DNA of 64,000 nt from Welwitschia mirabilis. Lineage: Eukaryota. The position numbers were made by a program, and so were the translations under genes. Of this stretch, positions 26,895 to 40,611 are shown in pieces (the first letter of the stretch is position 1; every line of letters begins with the position of its first letter). The notes beneath the pieces were generated by a model. That model was given only the letters and a program-made list of their open reading frames with translations. It was not told where the DNA came from and made no database searches. Location of the stretch: positions 15,471,778-15,535,777 of the forward strand of contig JBOZIK010000001.1 of assembly GCA_051453625.1 (NCBI GenBank), in the 5' to 3' direction.

Positions 26895-29647
26895 CATAAG
26901 AAAAGGAAAGATTCCATATTTTAATGTCATTTCCTATGAGTTTTGGTATCATAAAATGGTGATCTATCTTAAATCTTATGTGAATTGGGATTATGCTAAG
27001 ATTGATTTTTCTTTTGCTAAACTAGAAGATAACCTTAGGGATTATGAGAACTATATAAAATATGATTGTAAGTCCATGTTAATCATCCAATCAAGCATAC
27101 CTGATAATGAATTTAAGAATATAATCAAGTATAGCTCAGCCTATAAACTTTGGAGATGATTGAATGATGTCTATTAAGGTCATAAGAAAATAATATCCAT
27201 AAGGTTATAAGATATAAGAATTAAGTTTGATAATATTAGAATGAAAGAAGGAGAGAATGTAAAGACATTTATTCAAAGAGCCAAAGATCTATTCTAGATA
27301 ATATCTAATCTATATTATGAAATTCCAAGTAATGACATTGCTTTAAAACTATTAAATCTCTTATAAAACATTTTAAACACCTTATCACAAAAATTAGTAA
27401 CTTTATAGATTTAAATGTCTTAATCTTAGAATAGCTCATAGAACATCTTGTCTAGTTTGAGTACTTTCTTAAGAAGGAAGTGAAAATAATAATAATCTTC
27501 AAAATATCCACTAGTATAGGATTACATAGTTGAGGTTATTAACATGGTAGAGGAGATAAAAATACATGAGATAGAGGAAACTTTACTTCAATAAAGTCCT
27601 ATAAAATCATCAATCTGGGAAAGAATGAGAGAATGTTACTATTGATACAAGAAAGGACATTGTATTAAAGATTATCAAAAGAAGAAATGGAGTGATACAC
27701 ATGAGTCAAACATGGCTAAAAGATATGACTCTTTTTAAAAAACATAATTATGAGAAAATTATAATAAAAAGGATAAAATAAAATAAGTAAACATTAGTGG
27801 TTTTGCAATTGAAATAATAACTTTACATTGGAATTTGGTATTCTCATCTAATAGATTAAATTTTTGGTACATTAATAGTAGTCATTAAAAGTACATAACC
27901 TATAAAAAGAACTTGTTCTAGAATTACATTATTAAGAATCTAGAAATGGTGAGATTTGGAGGTGGTATGATAGTCAAAAAAAGGGATAAGACATTTAGTT
28001 TAAGAAAAATCACAAAGGTAAAAATTTTAGAACTAATGATGTTTATTATATTTTTAAATCTTGTTATAACTTGATTAGTTCATGGCAATTGATTAATAAT
28101 GGATTTAAGAATGACTTTCATGATAAAAATGTATTTTATCAAAAGATAAAAAAAATCATAGAAATCCCTAAAACTAGAAGCAACTTACATCAAATCATTT
28201 TTGACAAAGCACTTCTCTATAAAGAAGATATTTTATTAATATGACATAGAAAAATAGATCATACCTCAATTAAGTACATGCATGGAATAATAAAACATAA
28301 TCTTGTAAGAGGATTTCCATACTAAAATTTCAACTAACAGATCAATGTAAAGAGTGTCTCTAAGGGAAATATTCTAGAGTCTCATTTCCAAGATAACTTT
28401 AAAACTTCACAAAAGATATCCTTAATTCATTCAAATATTTGTGGCCTATTCTAAACAAAATTATTAAATGGAAGTATGTACTTTATTATTTTTATTAATG
28501 ATTTTTATAGATTATGTCCTATGTATTTTATGAAATACAAATCTTAAAATTTTCATTAGTTTAAAGTTATTTAAAGATGGACAGAAAGGGATATAGGTCT
28601 AAAGATTAAATGCTTGAAAACCTATAAAAGAGGTAAGTACCAATCATATGAATTTTTGAATTATTTAGAGAATTGTGGAATTTATCATCAAATGGTAATA
28701 ACCTACACACTATAACAAAAAGGAATTATTGAATGTAAGGTTTATTTTCTACTAGACATGAAAAGAACCATGATAATTTAAGCTAATTTAAGAAAGACCT
28801 TCGAGGAAAGAGTAGTTAAAATAGAAAAATGCATACAAAATTAAATGGTTAGTAGGAACCTCTTAGATTGAACACTTTACAAATAATAATATGAATACAA
28901 ATCTGATTTATCACATTTGTAAGTATTTAGTACTAAATTCTTAGTTAAATAGATAAAACTTAGAATAGATAATCCTGAATTTAGATATAAATCTTCTATA
29001 TTTATTAGATATTATAGCATAAATAAGACCTATCGTTGCTATGATATAAATCATAGAAAAATTATAAAAAGTTTAGATGTTAAATTTATTATTACTAAAA
29101 TTGAAAATAATGATTGAGTGATCATGAGTCCAGTAATTCTAAGTATGATGAGGTTGCTTCTCTTCCAAAATAAGCTTATGAATGAGTTGGGAAAAATCAA
29201 ATTCTTAATCAAAATATTGAGGAAATTCAAAATTAAGAAGTTCACATGCTTCATCAAATTCTTAAAAATTAAAGCAATTTTAAAATATTAAATTTATATC
29301 ATAATAGATCCACTATCATAGATCTTATGTTAGTTTCTATTAAAGCTCAGAATCAATTATAAACTCTTATGATATTACTAAATTATAAGAAAAATCATTA
29401 TTATTCACATAATATTTAGTTATAAGTTATAAAATCATGAATGAAGATCCATTATGCTAGAAATATGCCAAAGATTCATCACATTTAATAAAGGCAATGA
29501 AAGAGGAAATGAGATAAGTTGGAAAAACAAGACTTGGATTCTTATATTAAGTCTAAAGGATACAAATATTACTAGTACAAAGTGAATTTACTACACCAAA
29601 TACAATCCTAATAACATACTAAACAAATGAAAATCCTATCTAATGGT
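26895..29647 (+). mobile_element. Degenerate Ty1/copia (Ivana/Oryco-like) gag-protease-integrase and start of RT
   Basis: gag: IPYFNVISYEFWYHKMVIYLKS, SAYKLWR*L..FDNIRMKEGENV, zinc knuckle CYY*YKKGH. Protease: FWYINSS. Integrase: LIHSNICG, YFIIFINDF, LKIKCLKTYKRGKY. RT start: AMKEEM..TW..TK*IYYTKYNP. Order PR-INT-RT indicates copia. Confidence 0.9.
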
Positions 29648-30320
29648 TGTTCCACTAATTACTTACACATATTTGATAAGGTATTTTGAGTTGTTTTGTA
29701 GGAAACTAAATAGGTAAATACTTCATTTCCATGATAAAGGAGAGTAAGGATGAAAAGGATGAAAATATGAAATTTTCATAATAATGTATAAGCATTCTAA
29801 GAAAATATGAATATTCTATATTTTTGATGATAACTTCCTGCAAATGATAAGGTTAATGAAATAATTAAAGATTTATAAAAGTCCATCATCCACCTCATCA
29901 TCCAGATAATAGTATAGGTCACTGTACCAACAAGATGCTAACTAATCATGAGGTGGCATTATCTCCTCTATTTTCTAGACAACTAGATGAATGACATTGT
30001 TGTAATACCCACACTGAACATTCACCAAAATTTCACCATTTATATTCTGATTTCTTCCTGTGCAACTATTACAGTTTACCTATGCCTTTATATTTATACT
30101 ATTTTGTGTCTTAAGTCAAGAAATAAAGGTTTCCCCCTTGACTTCTCCTTGTCTTCATTTATACTTGAAATTCTCATGAGAGAAGATTAAAGGGCTGGAG
30201 AACCATCCTATAGTTTTAGAAAAATATTTCCTTGATGTTTGGTAGTGCTTACTCTATTGAGGTATGGCTACTTTGTAACATAGATGTGGTGTGATTTATA
30301 ATACAAGACATGTCCTTTTT
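29648..30320 (+). repeat. 5' portion of an Athila-family LTR inserted into the copia RT
   Basis: tgttccactaatt...tttgataaggtattttgagttgttttgtagg resembles the LTR starts at 4086 and 42986. Has the family palindromic motifs and ctctattgagg. The 3' end was not found. Confidence 0.65.
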
Positions 30321-30492
30321 TGTAATGCAGAAAATAGAAAACTAAATCTAATAGAAAATAAAACTATAAACCAAATCATTAAAGATCTAAAAGAGGTAAA
30401 AACATGAAAGGAATAATACTAAAACAAAAAATAAATCAATTAGTATTACTAGCAATTTCACTTCTAGCTTAGAGAAATACAACAGATGATCC

Positions 30493-31873
30493 TGACAGGA
30501 TCTAGAACCCTAAAGGGGAGGGTGAATAGGTTATTTTAAAAACTTATGCCCAAAATAAAATTGAATCTATCTAAGTACATTTTACATATGAAAATAATGG
30601 AATCAAGAATTGTGCATACAAAATTGAAAAACTGAAAGTAAAGAATTAAAAGACAGAAAAAGACAAACTACCAATTATAATTCATACTAGATTTATTATT
30701 ATTTGGGAACTTCCCTACTCCACTCTTGATTATCAGCTTCTCCCAAGATTGATCTCAGATCTCTGTTACTCCATAGGTTTTCTCAGGTTTATCTGTAACC
30801 CTTACAATTGGATTTTTATCGGCTAAGTTTCAACCTTAATAATGGATTTTTATGGGCTAAGTTTCAACCTCTGAAAGAAATGGATGTGATGTAATGAAGC
30901 CTTGATTAGTCATATATCATAAGTTCTATAGTAGTACAATGAATAAAGCTCTTCTCTAATAGATCACAATGATGAAGCTCCTAGATTTGATTTTGAATGA
31001 ATTTCTTATGCCAATTATTGATCTCCTAAATAAGATGTGAAGTAATACAATGATACACCAATGAAAGTACAACCTGATCTTTTAGATCCACAATGATTAT
31101 ACCAAATACAAACAGTGACCAAAAGATCTCTAGGTCAACAATAGTAAAGCTATTTATATTGGAGGGCTACTAGAGTTTATTACAAATGAATTGTGCCTCC
31201 AACAACTATAAATAGCTAGAAAATGGCTAGGTAATGGCTAGGTAACGAATACATAATGTTTAGATATTTTACTTTTTCGATTCATCCGGTCGGCCCCACA
31301 AAAATCCAGTCGACCCCATGAGAGTTCGATTGATCCCATTCTGGGTCTAGTTGACCCTTGCCTCTCAGTCTAGATCTATGGTCTATCAGCTTCTCAGGTC
31401 CGATCGACTCCATTAAAATCCAGTTGACCCCTTTCCTCTCGGTGTGGAACTAGTGCCTCTTAGTTCCTCAAGTCTGGTCAACTCCATAAGAATCTAGTCG
31501 ACTCCTTTGGGTTCAGTCCATTTTTCTTGCGACAGCTTCAGGTGTGGTCAATCCCTTTAGGATCTAGTCGACCCCTACTAGAGGTTAATATAACTCAACA
31601 GGTTTCTAGTGCATTTTTGGTTTAATTCTTTTACTTACAAAGCTCAATCTCATTTGCACACAAAATATAACATTTTGCACTATACAAGAGATATTATTTT
31701 AACATAAATTGGCAAATATAATCTAATAGTTTACACTGTAAAAAGGTTTTTGTAATTGCAAGGATTTGGTGATGTCAATCTGAGAGGTTTTATATACTCA
31801 TAAAGATTTAGTGATGTGAATCAAAGAGGGTTTTTGTAACTATGAAAATGCAAGGATTCTGAGATTTCTAATA
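30493..31873 (-). repeat. SIRE (Sirevirus)-like Ty1/copia LTR
   Basis: The minus-strand 3' end reads cctattcaccctcccctttagggttctagatcctgtca (Sirevirus ATTCACCCCC-type U5 signature). There is a minus-strand TATA (tataaatag, ~31151-31159) and a cluster of GTCGAC-centred repeat motifs at 31283-31576. The right boundary is approximate. Confidence 0.75.
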
Positions 31874-33249
31874 ATCTCATTCTCTATATGGGGGATTCAA
31901 ATACTATAAACATTCTTGCATATGGCTTATAAGGAGCCTCCCCATATAATTTTGAAGCTAGAATAATGGCTATAGATTTTAATTTTACTTTATCTAATGA
32001 TTTATTTGAGCAACATGTTACTGATCTTTTCTTGTGATATATTTTCTTCCAAATCTTAGGATATATCCTAAGGTCAACATCTTTCTTGGAATAAATTAAT
32101 TTAATTTTATTCTATTATGATATTGTAGCTTCGTATCCACTCTAAAACCTCTATGATAGAGAAAGCTATTTCCTTACATGCTTTTAGTTATCTTCATTCT
32201 ATTTTAATAGTTTAATAATGAAAAATCAAATTTTGACATCCATGATCTGAAATACTATCATGTGCCTTCTTTTTATTTTTTTCTTTTCTTTTTTTTAGGA
32301 GCTACCAGATTTGTGTGTTAATTTTAAAAAATTCAAGCCTAATATTAGTAAGCTCTTCAAACTAATTACTGATATTCAAAACGTTTTTTTTTTCACTTCA
32401 CACTAAAACAATGTATTTGATTGATATAGATTTGAATAACAATGGAAAGTTTTGTCCCTTAAAGTTAGTCTTAATGCCCCTTAGAAACAGGTTATCTACT
32501 TCAATCTTATGAATTCTTAGAACTAGTATCATAAAGAAGGTCATTTGTTTAAACATAATCTCTTGTTACAATAGAAAAAGTGCACTAATAAATCTCATTA
32601 AGACAATGTTCAAACTACTTCTATTTCAAGGTTTGTTTTTAGTCAAAATACTTTGTCTTTAGTAAAAATCATACAATATCAAAAACTCAAGAGATCTAAT
32701 CTTATTCAATGAGTAATGAAAAAGAACTTGATGATTCTTTATTTAGGAAGAATTTAGTGCATAAAATGCACATGATTTTATTTCAAATGATGATCTGAAA
32801 AGTAATGAGAAATTGAGTATAGGAGAGTTCAAAATAGTGAAATCACATAAACAACACAATCCTAATGGACCTTTAAAAAAAACTAAGTTTTCTAATAGAA
32901 TCATCTCTCTTATTACAAAATCCTCAAAGGACAACATCACATTCTCTAACTTGCAAAATTTTGTAGACCTTGACTACCATCTAATAGTTGTTTTCCTTAG
33001 TATGGAAAAGGCCTCATCTCTCATGTACCCATTATTACATATCCTTGGAATTTTCAATGGCTTACATTCAAGTTGCATGAAACAATGGTCTCCTTAAAGG
33101 AAGAAGATTTTTCCAAACTTGCCTTCAATTCTATCTTGCACCATTATCCAAATTCACTTTTTCTTTAACACCAATTTTAACTTTATTTACTATTTTGTTA
33201 TTTATTTATTCCTTTCTTTTTCTTTCTCTCCTTTTTTTATTTTCATTTG

Positions 33250-35660
33250 GTGTTTTTTTAATAGTCTACAATGCTAAGTTAAGGAGATAAATTTTCAAGG
33301 AAATTTGTATAGCCTTAAATGATTAAGTAAAATCATATCATTAGGTAAAAGTTTTCCTTAGGATATGTTTAAATTGAAAGCTTTTATTTTTTTTATTTTT
33401 GAATATGGTGGACTTTATTAGGATTCATTTCTAATTTCTTCTATTTCATTTAGATCAAGATTCCTAAATTCTAAAGCTTCATTAAATTTATGATTAACTT
33501 ATTTAATAACCTCAATAGGATGCTAATAATATCTTCTAAAAATACACCTCTAAGACAACATTTTAATTGAGGTTTTGTAAAAAGTTTGACGAGTCCAAAG
33601 AGCACCAGTAAGGTGAAGCAACTAAGGTTTTAAATTAGAATTTATCCTTTTTACCCCACAAAATTCTCTTTAATTTTTGGTTAGTAACTTCTACTTAACC
33701 ATTAGTTTTTGAATGGTATGTAGTCATAACTTTCTATAGAATACCCCATTGCTTCATTAAATTATTCATTCTTTTATTTAAAAAAATGAGTTTCTTTATC
33801 ACAACTCATAATTTTAGAATGGCTAAAATGAGATAAAATATGTTATTTTAAGAATTTGAAAATCCCTCTAGCATCATTTGTTCTAATTGGAGTATCTTCA
33901 TTACTTAGTGACATAAGAAACACAAAGTAATGTGTATAAATAACTAAATAATTAAGGAAATAATCCACCAAATTCTATACCCCATACATAAAATGGTTGA
34001 ATTTCAAAAATAGATGAAAGATACATTATATCTCTCTTTTTGATACTTCCTAGTCATTAATTGATATTTAATACAACATTTACAATATTCATAAGCATCT
34101 TTGCATAGAGTTGGCTAATGTAGCCTAGACTATTGAATCTTTTTCTTTGTAGAAAAGTAATCTATGGAAACTCCATCACGTGCAAATTTTAAAGCACTTA
34201 AATTTTTAGATTATAGAATGCATTAATTAATAATTTTATCATCATGGTATTTAAATAAATAAGTATCATGCCTAAAACACTTAATTACCTCATTTAAGAC
34301 ATGCTTTTTATCTTAAGTGTTCTAGGGACTAGGTAATTTATGAGTAACAAGATAGTTTAGTAAAATTTGCATATCAAGGTTCCTATTGTAAAGCTAGAAG
34401 ATACTTATTAAGAAATGTATCATCAATAGGTATGGGATATAAATAATGAGGAGAGGAAGACATATCACATGTTAGGGAATTAGCAACAACATTTTTAACA
34501 CTTTTTTTATTCATGATCTCTAGCTTGAATACTTGCAATGATAAAATACATTTAACATTTCTATCTTTGAAATATTTTTTATTTGTTACATATCTATGAG
34601 TTGAATGATTATGAAAAACAAGGATTTTTGCATCTATAAGATATGATCTAAATTTTCTAAGGTGGAAACCATAACTAGAGGCTCTTTTTCAGTTTTTATA
34701 TAATTTAGTCGAGAATCATGTAAAACTTTACTTGTATAGTAAATAACATATAGTCTTTCATGTCTTCTATGTCTTAAATAAATTCCTACAACATAATCAT
34801 TTGGATCATAAAGTCATTCACAATAAAGCTACTAATTAGGAGGTTGTACAAGGTGTTTTGAAGTAAGAAGAGATTCTAGAGTTTCAAACACAAATTAACA
34901 ATTAGTAGTTCATTAAAATGATGCATCTTTAACAAAAAAATAAGCTAAATATTTGGATATTTAAAAAAATTCTTCAATAGATATTTTAAAATAATCGTCA
35001 TGTCTAAAAAATATCTCACATATTTAACACCTTTAGAAATAAAAATATAGGTAATACATTGAATTTTAGCATGGTCTATTTCTCTACCATATTTAGGTAC
35101 AACACATTCTAAGATAATATCTTAAATAATCATAAAATGACATTTTCTCTAATTAAAAATGATTTTTTCTCTTTTCAGACATTCAAAAACAAGTTTAAGA
35201 TGATTTAAATAAGATTCAAAAGTTTTACCCAAAACAAAAAAATCATTCATAAGTACTTCTATAATTTTTTTAATCATATTAAAGAATATACTTATTAGAC
35301 ATGTTGAAAAGTAGTTAGGCCATTACATAAATCAAAGGACATACATTCTTAAAAAGTTCTAAACATACATGTAAAATTTGTGTTATCTTAATGTTTAGGA
35401 TAAATCTTTGTCTAGTTGTATCGTAAATATTCATCTAAGAAACAATAATACTTGTGACTAGCTAGCTTTCTAGGATTTGATCAACAAATGCTAAATGAAG
35501 TGGTATTTATGATCATACCATTAAGTTTTCTATAGTTAACTATGATGGTTCTAGACTTCATAAGCATAGTTTGGGAAGGACTAACCCATTAACTATTAGA
35601 GATTAAATAGATAACATTAGCATTTAGTAACTTGAGGGCATCTTTCATTCCTACTTGAGG
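33250..35660 (-). pseudogene. pol: Heavily decayed Athila-like pol (RT-RH-INT)
   Basis: Minus-strand translation across frameshifts gives KLLNANVIYLISNS*WVSP, NYRKLN, LASHKYYCFLDEY, MSFDLCNG and EVLMNDF (RT), NVVANSL (RNase H), and PFYVWGIEF..YLYTLLCVSYVTK (integrase). Confidence 0.85.
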
Positions 35661-35671
35661 GAATCTTTCAT

Positions 35672-35715
35672 TACATACATACATACATATACATATACAT
35701 ACATACATACATACA

Positions 35716-35771
<56 letters not shown>
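35672..35771. repeat. Compound microsatellite (TACA)n(TA)n running into a gap
   Basis: Directly visible. Confidence 0.98.
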
Positions 35772-36591
35772 NNNNNNNNNNNNNNNNNNNNNNNNNNNNN
35801 NNNNNNNNNNNNNNNNNNNNNNNNNNNNNNNNNNNNNNNNNNNNNNNNNNNNNNNNNNNNNNNNNNNNNNNTTTATGGAGTTATTCCAAGCTTATTTTTA
35901 AAAACTTAACTCACATACAAATTATTTATATGACTACTCTTTGACATTAGAAATTGCCATCTTCATTGTAGAATAAAGAGTTAATTCCCCTCAATAAAAA
36001 ATATATGAATACATCATTTATTTTATATCATATGCTAATTTTTCTTCATTGCTTATATAATAATATTTTGTATTAAGTTTTATTAATTGTATAACATTAT
36101 AGAGGAAATTTTGAACCAATAAGTCCTTTTTTACTTTTTATCCCCACCTCTTTTGCTTTCTATTTTTCTTCCTTTTTTTTTTGTTATTTAACTTTAAAGA
36201 AGCTGTTATTAGAGTAACTACCATGTTCGATAATCAATTTGAATGGTTCATTAGTGCCAACCAATGTTTATGCTTGTAATAAATATCCTATTTTTTGAAG
36301 AGATGTGCTGTTTGTGAGAACATGAAACATTTAGAAATGTCTTTAAGGATGTTGTCTAGTGTTGTAATTACATCTCTATTCTATGGTGCTAGCACCAATC
36401 TCAAAGTGTTCTTTTCAACTAGTATTATAGTATAAGTTGTAAAGAAGAGAAAGCCTACTAGTCCTATAGTAGAAGTTACATAGAAAAGAGTCTATAATAG
36501 ATAGAAGACATGCTATAGATGAAAAATTAAGCTGCCAAGATCAAGAGGATGGCTAATATGCTAGATCCTCTAGTTTGGCTAGATGCCTTAT

Positions 36592-37668
36592 TATTGTGCC
36601 ATTAATTTGTGGTTATTTAATGGGATTTATGAGTTGTTTTATATTACATTTGCAAGAGCTTTAAGTGTAATCCTAAGGATTTTGGAGAATCAATAGAAGA
36701 TCTTATAAATGTGAAATTCTTAACATAATTCAAGACATTTATGACATATTCTGATACTCATGTCCACTAAAGGAGATTTCTGATAGAAAAAACTAGCTTC
36801 TACTGATTTAGATAATAAAGAAGACCATTGTCCCCTCTATCATCTAGATGATAAGTAGGACGATGATACCATTAGCTACTAATATGGACTGCTGAGTCAT
36901 GTATTGAGATACTTGTTAAGTTATCTTTTGTAATGAGCTATCATCCCCATCATAGTCTAGATGATAATCAAGGTTGATATGTAACTGACTCTAATAGTCG
37001 ATCCTTGACTATTTTGTTCATTTATTTTATGTAAAAGAGCACATTTTTGGATCACCTTCTATCTATCAGTTTCTATTGTATTTTGTTATAATCAAGTCCT
37101 CCTTCGACTCTCCTCTTTATCTTCGTTGCACTAGAAATTCTTGTGATAAGAGATCGAAGGGTGGAAGATCCATCTCAAGTGTTATTGGAAGACATTCCCT
37201 TGATGGAGGGTTATGTATCCTCCATTAAGGCCTAGCTATTTTGTAATCCAGATGTTATTACTCTTAATATAAACTTTTTTTTATGTTTACATATTAGTTT
37301 GTTAGATGTCCCTTATGGTTTATGTTACCTTTGATCTGGTGATAATTTCTTAGATGATATAGATCATTAAGGGTAGTTTTCATTAAGCCTAAAAGAAAGT
37401 AGTTTAGTTTTATTTTGCATTACATGTAGAATAGTTGCATTTTGCATTTGCATTGCATTCTTTCTTTTCTACATTGTTCTTTGATTCTGGTTTCCATTCT
37501 TTGTGAAAAGTAATCCAAGTCTTATCTCATAGTCTTTAATAAGAATATGACATTTGGTTTAACTCCCACTCATACTAGTGCATTGTATTATGTGAGAAAT
37601 CTATTTTATTTTATGAATGATAGAATTCTTTTGAGTATAAAATGCTTGTACAAATACATATTGAAATA
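36592..37668 (+). repeat. 5' LTR
   Basis: Aligns end to end with 42986-44054. The first 42 nt have 5 mismatches, 4 of them transitions. Termini have decayed to ta...ta. Confidence 0.92.
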
Positions 37669-37671
37669 AAT

Positions 37672-37689
37672 TGGTGTTGTTATAAGGGA
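37672..37689 (+). promoter_or_regulatory. Decayed primer-binding site, tRNA-Asp type (Athila)
   Basis: tggtgttgttataaggga vs TGGCGCCGTTGCCGGGGA. Differences are almost all C>T or G>A, and it lies 3 nt after the LTR. Confidence 0.75.
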
Positions 37690-38399
37690 AGGAGACTAAG
37701 GAATATGAGGTTGTCATTGTTCAGGTGAGTATATCAGATTTCTGTTCAATTATTTATCTATGACAATGTTGTATTTTATTTAGGAACCTTAGTTTTTCTA
37801 TTTGTAGTATGTCAATTTTTGTTTTCAATAGTAAAGTAATTATTATCCCCTCTATCATTTCCATGATAGTTAGGATGACAGTTTACAATTTCTATTTTTC
37901 TTTTTAGTTTTCATGTTCATATTTTAGTTAATAAAATCAATCTCTATCATCTCCTTTGTCATCTAGATGACTAGGTGAATGAAAGATAGTGTTTCTTTTT
38001 AGTTTTTAGCTTTCCCTTCTATTTCTATTTTTTGCTTTTTTTATTACTCGTCTGTTCTGTCATTCCCACGATAGATAGAATGTAGTATTATTTTTGATTT
38101 TATTATGTTGTTTTCTATTTTTAGGATGCTGTGAGATGGTCAACCTAGAGAAGAAGTATCAAAGAGAAATGATGTTGATAAAAAATAACATTAGAGAAGG
38201 ACTAATACACCTACAAATCAAATCTGGAAAGAAATATCTAGGTGCATACAATCCTTCTTCTAAATTTATTTTTTCTTAATTATACCCCATTAAAGAAAAT
38301 CTTGTAGAAGGAGATAATCAATCTAGAATGTTGAGTGCCTTCCAAAAACAAAAACAAGTTGTAGGATTTTTTACTCCTAATGCTAATGCAAAGTTGACC

Positions 38400-40611
38400 C
38401 TAAGGGAATTATTAAATAGTAAGAAATAAGAGATTCAAACCCATTTTAATCTACCCCTAAGAGATGATGTTGAACTTAAAACATTAAATGCCTATCCAAT
38501 GTTTAGTAATAAATACAATGAGGATCCCTTTCAGCATATTGAAATCATAGAATGACTAATTTTTACCTTGTGGAATGGAAAGGAAAAAAATAGTAATAGA
38601 ACATTTATGGTAATCTTTTTGATGACATTAAAAGGTAGAGAAAAGCTTTAGGTAAAAACCATATTCCACAAAAGTTTAAAAACTTTGAAATAAGTCCAGA
38701 AACCTTAATTAAAAGGTTCAAAAGTGAAGAAACTATGAGAAAAAAGAAAAAGGAAGTAACAAGCTTTCAATAAAAATTAAGTGAGGATTATGCTTCCACA
38801 TATGAATTCTTCTTCATTACTATCCACTCAAATCTAGTAGATGCCTTCAAATAAATAGAACTAGTTAATTACTTTTATAGTGGATTAACTCCCATAAAAA
38901 ACAACTTGTAGATTTCTCTTATGCTAGAAACCTTATAAATATTATATTAAAAAATTTCTGGACAACATAGAAGAACTTGTAGAGGTTAGTTAAACTTGGT
39001 TAGCACTTAAAGAAAATCAAATTGTAGGCCAATTCACTAAAGATCTAAAAGAAGTTAAACAAGAAAAAGAGGTAGATTACACTGCTATAAATCTAATGAA
39101 AGACTTTACAACAACCTTGGAGAAGTATGCAGAAATGATTTTAGATGCTAAATCTACAACTAAAAGAAATGTTAAGCCAACTTATGACTTATGCAAGGAT
39201 CATTACCACATAACTAAAAACTATACTTTATTATTAACATATAAAGAAAGAAGACATGAAAATTTTGTACTTTCAATTAAACATCTCAAAACTTCTAGGT
39301 ACAACCTATGTTGAATACACATTTTCAAAATAAGTCTCAACCTTTTAAAAACCGATTCAAAAATTCAAACTTTTAATCAAGTTCATGTAACCTTTAACTT
39401 TTTAATGATCAGCTCTCAAACTTTTTGGATGAAATGAGAAAAATACATGAAATAACAAATGCAAACCTTGATAACTTGGTAAATCTCCTTCAATAAATAA
39501 TGTCAATAAACTAAGGTCATAAGGCTCATTAACAACATAACCTTTATTCAATCCTAATGAAATAAGAAAAGACTATAGGATTGTTACAAGAAGTGAATAA
39601 GAAACAAATTCTCCTCTATGTAAAGCATCAACTTCTCAAAATAACATTCAATATGAAGAAGAAGAAGAGGAGGACATTAAAATATAAGAAGATTATAACT
39701 TCCCTTCGCTTGGTAAAAACAAAAAGAAAAATTCTTCACAAAAGCAACCAACTACCCCTTGGCTTAATAAGCTTAACAATAATTTAACTTTCAATGAACA
39801 TCTTACATCCTTAATGAAAAATGTGAGCATAAATGTACCCTTTTAGAAACTTTTACAACAAAATTTGGGGTACTCAAAATTATGGAAAGACTTAATAAGA
39901 AGAAAATAAAAATTAGTCATTCCTAATAGAGTCTTTCTAGCTTAATCCCTCATGAATTTACTGTTATAAAATCACCTAAATTTAAATATCTAGGGCTAGC
40001 AATGTTAAATGTCACATTAGAGGAAAAACAAAAATATTAGGAGATCTTTAATTAACATTAGAGAAAGCATTAATATCATGCTAGTTCACATTTGCAAGAG
40101 ACTTAGTTTAGAAGGTAGAATAAATCCTACTCAAATTATCCGAGAGTTAGTAGATACTTAGGTTAAGACATCCTTAGGGATCATTAAAGATTTAGTGATC
40201 CAAATTGAAGAGGTTTGCTACCCGATAGATGTGATTGTCATAAAAGTCAAACATAATAAAGGATACCAATTACTTCTAGGATGAGCCTTTTGTGTAATAG
40301 CCTATTACATCATTAACACAAGAACTAGAATGATGAAGTGTTACTTTGAAAATAAAATGTTTACAAAAGTCTTTGATGTAGCTAAAAAAGACCTAGGTAG
40401 TGGAATAGACTTAGAAGATAAGATCAAACCAACTTTATTCATCCAACATCATTCATCTAACAAAAGAGAGCCAATATTACATGAGCCTATACTTTATAAT
40501 AATCCACTTGAGAATAAAAATTTAGAATCCATTGATACATCCAATTTTGATCATGAATGTTTATATCAAAATGAAAAAGAAATGAAATCTTTAGATTGTA
40601 AGGAATTCTAA
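38400..40611 (+). pseudogene. gag: Decayed gag and aspartic protease plus linker
   Basis: gag: NEDPFQHIE, LVNYFYSGL. Protease: SINIMLVHICKRLSL..PTQIIRELVD..LGIIKDLVIQIEEVCYPIDVIVI..YQLLLG*AF. The linker is homologous to positions 1-250. Confidence 0.8.

Noticed and set aside
26944..26956. tggtatcataaaa as an iMet PBS
   Set aside because: It lies inside the copia gag reading frame (EFWYHKM) and no LTR end precedes it.
35655..35909. ORF with YIHT/YI repeats
   Set aside because: Translation of a microsatellite plus a gap.
36470..36520. Possible LINE RT motif (KLDIEKAYDR-like)
   Set aside because: Needs several indels to read, and no other LINE motifs were confirmed nearby.
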